DNA of 64,000 nt from a virus, in the IMG/VR virus record IMGVR_UViG_3300021092_002038, positions 16,468 to 80,467 of that record; one strand, given 5' to 3'. Position 1 is the stretch's first letter. Every line of letters starts with the position of its first letter. Shown here piece after piece: positions 36,975 through 46,120 of the stretch. The notes under the pieces were generated by a model. That model was not told the DNA's origin. It saw only the letters and a program-made list of their open reading frames with translations, and ran no database searches. The translations under genes and the position numbers were made by a program.

Positions 36975-39440
36975 TTATAAGATTCCTGCAATTGCAGAAC
37001 TCGGTCGCACAGTTGCGGTTACGCTAGTTATCCACCCATCTCTATTTATTGAATGTTTTACCTCTCTTACTTGAAAAATAACTCCCGTATCATATGGTTT
37101 TGGTAAATTTTTTGCAGTAAAAATTTGAAACGATCTAAAGCCTGATATTCCTAAAATAGTAAAATCTATTGTGACACCCGGCATTGGCATAGTACTTATG
37201 TTTGCAAATAGCGGGCTTTGATTGTCTGAAATCAGTTGGACCAAGAAAGATTCTGCGGTTTTTGGTAATTTAAGTCTGACTTTCTCTTCTGATTTTTCCT
37301 TTACTTCTACCGTACGAGATCTAAAAGTTGTTGGCTTAAACCCTAGAGGAGGAGACGATATCATCATGCTGTCTTCATCTATATTATTGTATTTTTGAGT
37401 TTTTGATGTGGTTGATGTGGTTGGATCGCTTTTTGTAGATGATCCTAAGTTCACCGGTTGGTTTTCTTTTGCTGCTGATAACATTTCATCGACTCCCATT
37501 TGAAATTTTCCTATATAACTTTGTCCTGTAGAAATATCACTGTCTGCCGCCGAAGAAGTTTTCGGTAAATCGGTAACTGGCGCTGACTGTGATTCCGCAT
37601 CGTAAAGTACCATATTGGCTACCTTATCCGACAGTTTCACATTGAAATTAAAACTTTTCAATATAGAATTTTGTGAATATACGTCAAACGGATATATTGT
37701 CGGATCCGTATCGGTTAATCCAAGGCTTGTTCTTAACTCTTTAATATGTTCGAGATTTAAAAATCTTTCGTCTCTTATAGAGAGAAGAAGTGGCTCTTGT
37801 TCGCATAATTTCAAATCCCATATTTTTGCAAAACTGTTTAGATCTTGACACAGTGATTGAGCAAATTCTTTTATTGATCTATTTTTATCAAGTAATTCTA
37901 ATACGCGTACATATTTAATATATACATCTTTTAAATTGCCTTTAAATTTTTCAGATTCTCCTCCTGTATAAGGAAAAGAGTATCTGCCTTTCTGGCCAGG
38001 AAACATTTTATATCTTAACCAGTTTATCACTTCATCTAAATTTTGTCTGTTTGCGGTCTTTAATGCTTTAATCATTAATCTATTTTCAGGTTTTTTGAAC
38101 GATGCGGGAGGGATAAATTCGTTAAGATCTGCTTGTCCGTTTAAATTCTCCGAGGTAAAACTGGGTGCGTTTTCGTTTGGTATTAAAAAATTAGAGGTGG
38201 TGGATATTAAATTGGGATGGGCTCCTATTATAGAACTATTTAGGTCTAGTTTTATAGCTGGTTTAGTACTTGGAAGTTCTATGTTCAATATATCAGCTAA
38301 AAGTCCTAAACTTATATAAAATGATTCGTCGCCTCTAAATTTGGTAGCGGATTCTTCTGTGATTATATTTGTATAGTTTTCTAAACTAAACAGTCCCCCC
38401 GCATTTACAACTGATTTTTTTTGGGACCACTGAACTGCCTTGGAAAATATTTTAGAATAATCTGCATCATCCGCATTCATTGGAAACTGTGAGTTTGGTT
38501 TTGGAGAGTTATAATGTTCATACAATCGCTTAGTCAACCCTTTTAAATAAGAAAAAATATCACTTTTCATTCTCTCATAAATGGTTTGTTTGGGTTTGTT
38601 GTCTGCTCCGGTTTTTTCTTGGCCCTCCGGTGAGGCATCTTTTACAGATAATCCATAGTAAAATTTACTATTTGAATATAATTCAGTAGTACAATTAAAT
38701 GACATATCGGAGGAGTCAAACGAGTAGTCGAAATTTACTATGTGTCCAACTAAAGCGTCGTATTTTCCTTCTGACTTTTTAAGGTTTTCTTCTATTAATC
38801 CCGCGTTCGTATATGCTCCTAAAGTTCCTGAACCTTTTTGTGTTATGTTTCCGGAATCATCTCTTTTGAGAGGCGTGCCTATTTCTGTTATGTCGATTAA
38901 ACTCTCAGGATTATAAGTATTCCAACCCCATTCTAATAATACGGTGTTGTATGGTGAAAAAAAATAAGGAGTCATGTAATTTATCTGACTTACGGTAAAA
39001 CATTTCCACTTTATTGTGGCTTTTCTAAAAATTTCTCGTTGAATGTCTACATCTATGCTTATAATTCCCGGAATAGGTCGGTGTTTTTGATATTCGTTTG
39101 TTATATTATTTTCAATATAGTGTGGTTTTCCTTTTCTGTCGTATCCGATTATTGTTGCGTTTTTTACGTTCTGACCATTCAACGAGGAATCAAAAGAGTT
39201 TTGAATTCCGTATTTATCTTTAAAAGAGTCGCCTCCATATAATACAAATCCGCTATATTGATTTACCTTAGAATTAGACACGGCGCGAATCCATGGCGTC
39301 ATCGCTCCTTTATAATCTTTTATTTTTGAAAAATCGCTTGTATAGTTGTTGCCGTATTTATCAGACCGACGTTCTATTTCGTTACGCATATATTTGGGTA
39401 ACGGAACCGCTGCATACGGTGGATATAGTGTATCAGACAT
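36975..39440 (-). CDS. Putative baseplate hub / tail-associated protein
   Basis: RPIPGI.SID, ATIKWKCF, VLLEWGW, NFDYS, C-terminal GISG...FQV.EVKHSI...W.T; downstream of tape measure. Confidence 0.6.
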   Translation of the reverse strand: MSDTLYPPYAAVPLPKYMRNEIERRSDKYGNNYTSDFSKIKDYKGAMTPWIRAVSNSKVNQYSGFVLYGGDSFKDKYGIQNSFDSSLNGQNVKNATIIGYDRKGKPHYIENNITNEYQKHRPIPGIISIDVDIQREIFRKATIKWKCFTVSQINYMTPYFFSPYNTVLLEWGWNTYNPESLIDITEIGTPLKRDDSGNITQKGSGTLGAYTNAGLIEENLKKSEGKYDALVGHIVNFDYSFDSSDMSFNCTTELYSNSKFYYGLSVKDASPEGQEKTGADNKPKQTIYERMKSDIFSYLKGLTKRLYEHYNSPKPNSQFPMNADDADYSKIFSKAVQWSQKKSVVNAGGLFSLENYTNIITEESATKFRGDESFYISLGLLADILNIELPSTKPAIKLDLNSSIIGAHPNLISTTSNFLIPNENAPSFTSENLNGQADLNEFIPPASFKKPENRLMIKALKTANRQNLDEVINWLRYKMFPGQKGRYSFPYTGGESEKFKGNLKDVYIKYVRVLELLDKNRSIKEFAQSLCQDLNSFAKIWDLKLCEQEPLLLSIRDERFLNLEHIKELRTSLGLTDTDPTIYPFDVYSQNSILKSFNFNVKLSDKVANMVLYDAESQSAPVTDLPKTSSAADSDISTGQSYIGKFQMGVDEMLSAAKENQPVNLGSSTKSDPTTSTTSKTQKYNNIDEDSMMISSPPLGFKPTTFRSRTVEVKEKSEEKVRLKLPKTAESFLVQLISDNQSPLFANISTMPMPGVTIDFTILGISGFRSFQIFTAKNLPKPYDTGVIFQVREVKHSINRDGWITSVTATVRPSSAIAGIL

Positions 39441-39442
39441 AC

Positions 39443-39742
39443 TTATTTATTTAAATTGTTGTATTCTTGCATTATAGAATCTATGTTAATAGGAATTCTT
39501 AATTGTAACCCAACAGGTATACTCAGTCTTCCGTTTCCAAGATTGTTAGATAAGGCTATAATCCACCATAAAGATGCGTCTTTATAAAATTTATATGCCA
39601 ATGCATCAAGATAATCCGTTTCTTTTGAAATATAAATAATATCCGAGTCTTGTGGCTGAATCGTAGGATATAATCTTGTTCCTAAGAACCTTTTACCATC
39701 AAATGTTTTTTTGACGTTTTTATTGTTGTCGTATCGTGTCAT
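39443..39742 (-). CDS. LysM-like baseplate wedge protein (gp53/tail X-like)
   Basis: DYLDALAYKFYKDASLWWIIALSN...GLQLRIP. Confidence 0.75.
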   Translation of the reverse strand: MTRYDNNKNVKKTFDGKRFLGTRLYPTIQPQDSDIIYISKETDYLDALAYKFYKDASLWWIIALSNNLGNGRLSIPVGLQLRIPINIDSIMQEYNNLNK

Positions 39743-42618
39743 GCTACAATTAATTGTTTAGAGAAACCACCACCGCTTTCACCGCCACCAAAGTTTCTTC
39801 CTCCGGTACGAGGCCTTTCTGTTTCTAATATATCTGTACTTATTTGTATTTCACATTCGGTGGGAAATTGTGCGTATTTTCCGCCACTGTTGTTCCATTC
39901 AATTTGATTGTTTAAATACTTCCACGTATTAGATTCATTATTTAATTCTGGAGTAATTTCCCAAATAACGTCTTCTGGTATAGATATGGTTACACTTTTT
40001 AAAATAACTGGTTGTTCTTTATATAAATCTCCAATTGTTATAGTTATAAGCGGAGGTACTATAAAATTACTGACAGATGGAATCTTTTCTTTTATATACG
40101 TATAATCAGTGTATTTAGCCGGTTTAGTCAAACCCACTAGGTAATTTATTCTCTTCCACATAGGTAATAATTCTTGTATGCTCATTGCAACTGCTTTGAA
40201 ATTAAAACCTAATGTTCTGGTAAAACCTGTATAGTTACATAATTTATCCGCTCGACCTATATAGTTTATGTCTGCCCAATTGGCGTTAGCGTTCTCTTGA
40301 ATTCCTTTGACTGTTGCTCTGAATGGAATGTAGGTTTCGTTTACAAGATCGTGAAAGTAAAATGCTATGAAATCGTCTTCATAGGGATTATATTTTTGCA
40401 AGGTTATCATCGACTCGCTTAATTTTCCTGGTTTATTATAAATTATAGATGAGTCGTCTACTCCCGGAAAATTTTTCACCATTATGGATAAAGAATTTAT
40501 TGTATCCGATTTTCCTGTTGTTGATAATCCTTTTTGCGGGTTTGGGTTTTTATCATTTATGCTTTTTTCATATGAGCCAGATAACGGGCTCTGCGGATAA
40601 CGATGATTTACTAATTTATTATATGTAACGTCTACACGACTTTCATACGAAGTAGTATTATAGTCTGTATTTATTTTTTTTAATGCGTCATTTAAAGAAT
40701 TTATTATATTTTTTTTATGTTCGTTTACTTCAGGTGAACCGCGAACAGATATAACTTTTCCTGTTGCGTCGAATGCGGAATCGGGTAAAAATTCTTTATT
40801 TTCGTTTCTTCCAGAAAGTCCGGTCCCCATGCCTGCGCCGTGGAGTGTTCTAACTCCTGAATTCGGATCTTCTTTTATTTTATTCGAATATGTACCTTTT
40901 ATATTGTAGGCCGATTCATTTTTTTTATTTTTATGTTCGTTTAATACAGATTCAACGCGAACAGATATAGGTTTTCCTGTTGCGTCTACACTTCCAGAAA
41001 TTCCAGTCTCCATGACTGCGCTATGGTGTTTTAAAACTCCGAAAGGCGGATTTCCTGTTTCTGATGAGCCGGAAATCTTATATTCATTCGAATATGTACC
41101 TTCTATATTGTGGGCCGATTCATTTTTTTTATTTTTATGTTCGTTTAATACAGATTCAGCGCGAACAGATATAACTTTTCCTGTTGCGTCGAATGCGGAA
41201 TCAGGTAAAAATTCTATTTTATTTCCGCTTCTTCCAGCCATTGCGCCTTGGAGTGTTCTAACTCCTGAATTCGGATCTTCTTTTATTTTATTCGAATATG
41301 TACCTTTTATATTGTAGGCCGCGTTACCGGAGTTTATTATAAATTTGATTTTATTATTTGCTTCTTGTCGATATCCCCAACTCTTTCCTTTGTTCTCGTC
41401 AGAAATATCTCTTGGAATTTGCGTATTGGGTTTTTCGGCTGTATCAGACGGTAATCTATAAGAACGAAAAGCTGGTTTACCTTCAAGGGTGGTATAAATG
41501 GATAATATATCCGAGAATTGATATGGTCCGGCTCCGGGTTCTAAATCCGATCTCTCTTTTCCTACATTACTACCATATTTTTTGTATCCGTGTGTATCAT
41601 CTTTGATGTCATATCCCAACGGTGAACCGAAATATTGAGATTTCATCGGAATAGATTGTCCGAATATTTTTATTTTTTTATCGCTATCAGATGTAGAAGT
41701 TTGACCGAATTTTTTAATATTTTCTTTGGCCTTGCCTGTATTTTTTCCTGCCTCAAATCTTTGATAAAAATCTGTTCCCCAAGTTATAGGTTTTCCATTT
41801 TTATCAAAATAAGAAAATTTTTGAGGTTGCGTCAAAAATATTCCATAAGCTCCTTCATCCGCCCTGTATTTTGCGTTTCCTGGATGTTTCAGAGGACCAA
41901 ATCCACCAAATAAACTTTTTGCAAAAGATACAATTGGTAAAGAGGCTAAAAATCCACCCTTTGAAGATTTGGGATTCTTGATAGACAAACTATTATATGC
42001 ACTGATTGCAGTTCCTGCTCTAATTAATCCCTTTGAATTATTTTGATTTAAAGTGGATAATGCTTGGGGTCCGACGGTGCCTTTAGGTGGAGTTGGTTTA
42101 TTTAGTGCCGATACACCAACAATACTTGCTAATGCTCCTAATAGTCCACCGCTCGTATCTATATGTCGGAGTGGATTTTTATCGGAGAATGGATTTATTT
42201 TAGTCGAAGCTGCCAGTATTGAACTCAGCGGATTGTATATTCTTGTTTCGTTAAATGCTTGACTTTTTTGTAATAAAAATTGTTTCGTTAAAAAAAGTAT
42301 GCCGTTTCCACCTATTAAAAATTTACTGACTCTTATAGTATCTTGCAATGTGCTTGCAAATGGAAATGCTCGACTTTCAAATCTTTTTAAACCGTTTATT
42401 CCTTTTCTTCCTTGATTTGGATTTACATAAACATAAGGCTGTCTAGGTCCAAAACTAAAAAGTCCACTGTTTTCGGTATATGGAGATAGTTTCTTATACA
42501 AATTATTATTATTAGCATCGTATAATTGTTGTATTTTACCCACCAAAGGCGAATTACTATAACCACTAGGCACTATAACCGTCGGCGGCACTATATTTGT
42601 TGTATTTTGATTTGCCAT
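39739..42618 (-). CDS. Putative baseplate / tube-initiator protein with internal repeats
   Basis: C-terminal FRATVKGI..W..INYIGR..Y.GFTR...PPLITITIGDLY; immediately after tape measure. Confidence 0.6.
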   Translation of the reverse strand: MANQNTTNIVPPTVIVPSGYSNSPLVGKIQQLYDANNNNLYKKLSPYTENSGLFSFGPRQPYVYVNPNQGRKGINGLKRFESRAFPFASTLQDTIRVSKFLIGGNGILFLTKQFLLQKSQAFNETRIYNPLSSILAASTKINPFSDKNPLRHIDTSGGLLGALASIVGVSALNKPTPPKGTVGPQALSTLNQNNSKGLIRAGTAISAYNSLSIKNPKSSKGGFLASLPIVSFAKSLFGGFGPLKHPGNAKYRADEGAYGIFLTQPQKFSYFDKNGKPITWGTDFYQRFEAGKNTGKAKENIKKFGQTSTSDSDKKIKIFGQSIPMKSQYFGSPLGYDIKDDTHGYKKYGSNVGKERSDLEPGAGPYQFSDILSIYTTLEGKPAFRSYRLPSDTAEKPNTQIPRDISDENKGKSWGYRQEANNKIKFIINSGNAAYNIKGTYSNKIKEDPNSGVRTLQGAMAGRSGNKIEFLPDSAFDATGKVISVRAESVLNEHKNKKNESAHNIEGTYSNEYKISGSSETGNPPFGVLKHHSAVMETGISGSVDATGKPISVRVESVLNEHKNKKNESAYNIKGTYSNKIKEDPNSGVRTLHGAGMGTGLSGRNENKEFLPDSAFDATGKVISVRGSPEVNEHKKNIINSLNDALKKINTDYNTTSYESRVDVTYNKLVNHRYPQSPLSGSYEKSINDKNPNPQKGLSTTGKSDTINSLSIMVKNFPGVDDSSIIYNKPGKLSESMITLQKYNPYEDDFIAFYFHDLVNETYIPFRATVKGIQENANANWADINYIGRADKLCNYTGFTRTLGFNFKAVAMSIQELLPMWKRINYLVGLTKPAKYTDYTYIKEKIPSVSNFIVPPLITITIGDLYKEQPVILKSVTISIPEDVIWEITPELNNESNTWKYLNNQIEWNNSGGKYAQFPTECEIQISTDILETERPRTGGRNFGGGESGGGFSKQLIVA
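40741..41320. repeat. About three tandem ~200-bp units within the 959-aa gene
   Basis: gcgaacagatat begins units at 40741, 40957 and 41161; first and third units are near-identical. Confidence 0.85.
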
Positions 42619-42627
42619 ATGAATATT

Positions 42628-45600
42628 TTAATAAGATGCTTGCGCTAATAATTCGCTCGCACGTTTGCCGTCTATATTTACTGCAATTCCTCCAGATTTC
42701 ATTAAATTTATAAGTTCATCTAATTTTCCGATCATCGTTGTATTATCTTGGCTGGACTTAGCGTTTTTATTTTCTAATTTATCTTGGTCGGACTTAGCGT
42801 TTTTATTTTCTAATTTATCTTGGTCGGACTTAGCGTTTTTATTTTCTAATCTATTACCTAACACAGATGACGTAACTAACTTTAACGTATCGAGTTTTTC
42901 TACACTCGAATTTAATTTTTCTAAAGACGTCGCGAGTTTTGATATTGCATCACTAAAAGTGTTCACTGATTCAAATTCTTGTGCGACTTTTGATATATTC
43001 ATAAGTGCATCTGCTGTAAATTTCAATTTACTTCCGATGTCTGCCAAGTCTCGTATTTTCTTTATCGGATCTCCTCCTAAAAACTTTCCAACAAACGAAC
43101 CAATTCCTGCAACCGCAGATCCCTGTCCAAATGCCGCTAACGCTAACGAAATAGCACCAATACCTATTGCAGCTTTTAAAAGATCTATCTGAGTTAGTTG
43201 AAGTACGGGATCTATTGCTTTTGCAATGCCCTCGCCGAATAACGTCATTCCTGCGCCCGCCGCGAGTGCGGCCAAACCAAATGGAATAAGTGCTAAACCA
43301 AGTGCCGTTATAGCTAATACTCCTGCACCAAAAATTAATCCGCCGGGACCTGAAACTAAAGCTCCTAATCCAAATGCTGCTGCCGTAAATCCAATTAATG
43401 CTAGTGCGCCAATTCCAACTTGTGCCCAGTCTAGCTCACTAAACATTTTCATAGCAAATGTAAATGGAAGTAAAGATAATCCAAAGGCCGCAATGCCTAA
43501 TGCTCCCTTGAAAACTTCGGGTTTTCCCATTTTTGATATTCCCTCTGATAAACCAGTTAATAATTTTTTTGCAGCGCTTCCGCCTCCAGCTGCACCTGCT
43601 ATAGATATTGGTATAGCTGCAGCTCCTATTAATAACAATCCAGGTGAAGCCAATATCATTGCGGCTGATCCTATAAATACTTTCCCACTTCCCATTGCTT
43701 TTATCCCTTCAGCTAAACCTTCGAGAGACTGTTTTAATTTTTCTCCATTCAAAGTTTGTAACAATTTAGCTCCAAGAAATCCAGGTATCATTAAAGTTAA
43801 TCCCGCCGATGCTGGAATAAGATTAAATGCGCCCTTTAAAACTCCGTCTTGTCCCATTTTTTTCAATCCCTCCGCAAGCCCAGTCAAGAACTTTTTAACA
43901 CCTGGCCCATCAGATCCGCCCATTCCTTTAGTTTTACTTGCAGTAGAAGACGCATCTGGAGTAGCTGTTGTCGCAACGCCTGATCCTAAAGCCGTTTTCA
44001 TACGATCTTTTATAAATGTGAATGGTTTTTTTATCATGGACATAAGTCCTGAAAGACCCATTTTTCCGAACAAAGCGATAGTAATAATTCCTGCACCACC
44101 GAGCACTAAGTTGGTCAGAATCTTCCCCACGTTCCCAAACGATTCATACAACTTACGAGTGTCTTCAATCGTCTCGTTTATCCACTCGTTAAATGATTGC
44201 AATACACTGTTTGACTCCCGAATCAAACCGAACAATTCTTTAAAGGGAAGTAAAAGCGCTTTTGCAATTTCTACAACTACTTTTAAAGTAGGAATAAAAA
44301 TGCCGCCTAACAATTCTACAACAGGGAAAAATACATCGCTTAAACTATTACCAAGTGAATGCATTGTGTCGTTTAGTTGGTTTAGCAAGCTTTGCATTTT
44401 TGCTTTTTTTAACAAATCGTCTTTGGTTACTTCTACATTTTCTTTATTTTTTGTGATTAAATCGTCGTATTCTTTGCGTTCCTTCTCACTCATTTTATCC
44501 AATTCTTTTTCCATCATCAACATTTTGTTTATCTCTCCCACCGACATACCTGCAGCTTTTGCAATCGCTTCTTGTTGAAACATGTTCATCTTTTGAAACT
44601 CTCCAGTCGACTTTATGGTTGCTAAAGTAGCTTTTGCTGCCTCTTCGAACTTTCCTGCATATGAGAGTCTACGAGATTCCATGAAGTTTAAATTTTTTCC
44701 TACTAAAACTGATGCTTCCATTTCGTCTCCGATACTAGTTTGAAAGTTAAGCATACTTCTTGACGATTCCGTTAAAGTTTTTAAACTTGTTCCAAGTCTC
44801 GCTGCCGCTGCGGCTCCTTTTATAAGTTCCAACGTGCTGCCTCTAACCATCGAAAGCGCCTGCTCGCCGGCTTCGGCCACATCTTTCATTAATTTATCCA
44901 ATGGAACACCTGCGGCTTTAGCTAAATTACCTGCATATGAAGCATAACTTGTAGCAACTTTCGAACTAACTCCACTCAAAGCCATAGTTTGTGTTAAAAA
45001 CTTTGCACCTGTATCACTGGATACACCTAAATTTTTACTTAATAAGGCTGTAGTTTCTACCAGTTGTTTATTGTTATTTAATACTTTTACATTTCCAAGG
45101 TTATTCATTAAATCTCCTGAGGCTTTGTATCCATCCTTTAGCGTCACTCCAAATTTTTGATACTCTTGATTTAACTTTAAAGCTGTATCCTCAAGTTCTT
45201 TGGTTTGATCAACGTTTAACTTAGTTTCTTTTCTAAACTCTTCGGCCTCTTTCTGAAGATCGATAAAACGATCTACGGCTAGCGTTAGTAAATCAGCTAT
45301 TACTTTTAATGCCAGCGCATATATATTTCCGGTTTTTGCCACATCCATCCAACCTTTAGCTAAATCTACAACTTTTTTTCCTTGTTCGCCTAAAAGGTCT
45401 GCTCCTTTTTTCTTGAGATCTACTTGTGACTGAGTCATAGAATTCTCCGCTTTAAGAGCATTGATTGTATCCATGAGGGGGCCCGTCTTCTCTACGGATG
45501 CGTTCTCTTCACGTAGTCTGTTCAATTCTTCTTGAAGACTATTTATAACTGATTGTCTAGTTGATATAGATTCGAGTTGGTGCTCAGTGGTTCTATGTGA

Positions 45601-45801
45601 TCCTTCCATCATCTTAGACAGATCTTGTGTTTTAGTAATTTTTTCTTCTATTTCACGGATGCTTTTTTTCGCTAACTCCGACGCTTGCTTTTGAAGATTT
45701 AACTCTTTAGCCGCTCCTTCTCGCTGTTCGGGTGTCATTTTATCGACCAACTCTTTACCTGTTTTTTGTGCCTCGGATTTATTTTCGTTTGGATCACTCA
45801 T
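42628..45801 (-). CDS. Tail tape measure protein
   Basis: 1057 aa, coiled-coil N-terminus, Ala/Gly-rich amphipathic repeats, C-terminal IAVNIDGK; position between chaperone and baseplate genes. Confidence 0.8.
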   Translation of the reverse strand: MSDPNENKSEAQKTGKELVDKMTPEQREGAAKELNLQKQASELAKKSIREIEEKITKTQDLSKMMEGSHRTTEHQLESISTRQSVINSLQEELNRLREENASVEKTGPLMDTINALKAENSMTQSQVDLKKKGADLLGEQGKKVVDLAKGWMDVAKTGNIYALALKVIADLLTLAVDRFIDLQKEAEEFRKETKLNVDQTKELEDTALKLNQEYQKFGVTLKDGYKASGDLMNNLGNVKVLNNNKQLVETTALLSKNLGVSSDTGAKFLTQTMALSGVSSKVATSYASYAGNLAKAAGVPLDKLMKDVAEAGEQALSMVRGSTLELIKGAAAAARLGTSLKTLTESSRSMLNFQTSIGDEMEASVLVGKNLNFMESRRLSYAGKFEEAAKATLATIKSTGEFQKMNMFQQEAIAKAAGMSVGEINKMLMMEKELDKMSEKERKEYDDLITKNKENVEVTKDDLLKKAKMQSLLNQLNDTMHSLGNSLSDVFFPVVELLGGIFIPTLKVVVEIAKALLLPFKELFGLIRESNSVLQSFNEWINETIEDTRKLYESFGNVGKILTNLVLGGAGIITIALFGKMGLSGLMSMIKKPFTFIKDRMKTALGSGVATTATPDASSTASKTKGMGGSDGPGVKKFLTGLAEGLKKMGQDGVLKGAFNLIPASAGLTLMIPGFLGAKLLQTLNGEKLKQSLEGLAEGIKAMGSGKVFIGSAAMILASPGLLLIGAAAIPISIAGAAGGGSAAKKLLTGLSEGISKMGKPEVFKGALGIAAFGLSLLPFTFAMKMFSELDWAQVGIGALALIGFTAAAFGLGALVSGPGGLIFGAGVLAITALGLALIPFGLAALAAGAGMTLFGEGIAKAIDPVLQLTQIDLLKAAIGIGAISLALAAFGQGSAVAGIGSFVGKFLGGDPIKKIRDLADIGSKLKFTADALMNISKVAQEFESVNTFSDAISKLATSLEKLNSSVEKLDTLKLVTSSVLGNRLENKNAKSDQDKLENKNAKSDQDKLENKNAKSSQDNTTMIGKLDELINLMKSGGIAVNIDGKRASELLAQASY
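42743..42850. repeat. 36-bp tandem repeat x 3 (LENKNAKS(D/S)QD(K/N))
   Basis: ttatcttggtcggacttagcgtttttattttctaat at 42779 and 42815, with a 2-nt variant at 42743. Confidence 0.95.
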
Positions 45802-45845
45802 AATATATAAATATCAAATGCTAAAGGTTATTAACGATTTAGTTG

Positions 45846-46117
45846 ATTTAAAATTATAATAAATTGCGGATTCTACAGTTAAGGCTTATCGACCTTAAAG
45901 AATGTCGGTTATTATAGCGATTTTATGTATAACTTGTAGAAGTCGTCAACATCCTGCGGCATCGATACGGAGAAACGAATGATCCGATGTTCACAAAAAC
46001 CGGAGACAGTTAATCTCTGTCTGTTATTTTAGCTAGACCGAATTGTTGATAATCGATCTTTTACAGAGAGACGTATTGGGTCGACTCTATGCTAATTTCG
46101 TTGTTTATATTTTAAAT
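45846..46117 (+). ncRNA. Candidate structured non-coding RNA, family unknown
   Basis: ORF-free, GC-richer intergenic block with at least seven nested helices; non-Watson-Crick pairs are G-U on the + strand. Confidence 0.55.
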
Positions 46118-46120
46118 TTA

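Noticed and set aside
42743-42850. 36-bp repeats as a CRISPR array
   Set aside because: Directly tandem with no spacers and in frame within a CDS
43226-44578. 450-aa + strand ORF (and 175-aa ORF at 42665) antisense to the tape measure gene
   Set aside because: Shadow frames of an Ala/Gly-rich gene; low-complexity Pro/Ala/Asn product with no recognisable motif or start signals
45871-45935. Twister-ribozyme-like loop (GGUCGAUAAGCC) on the - strand
   Set aside because: The required P1/P2 helices and pseudoknot partners could not be placed in the right order, and G-U polarity favours the + strand
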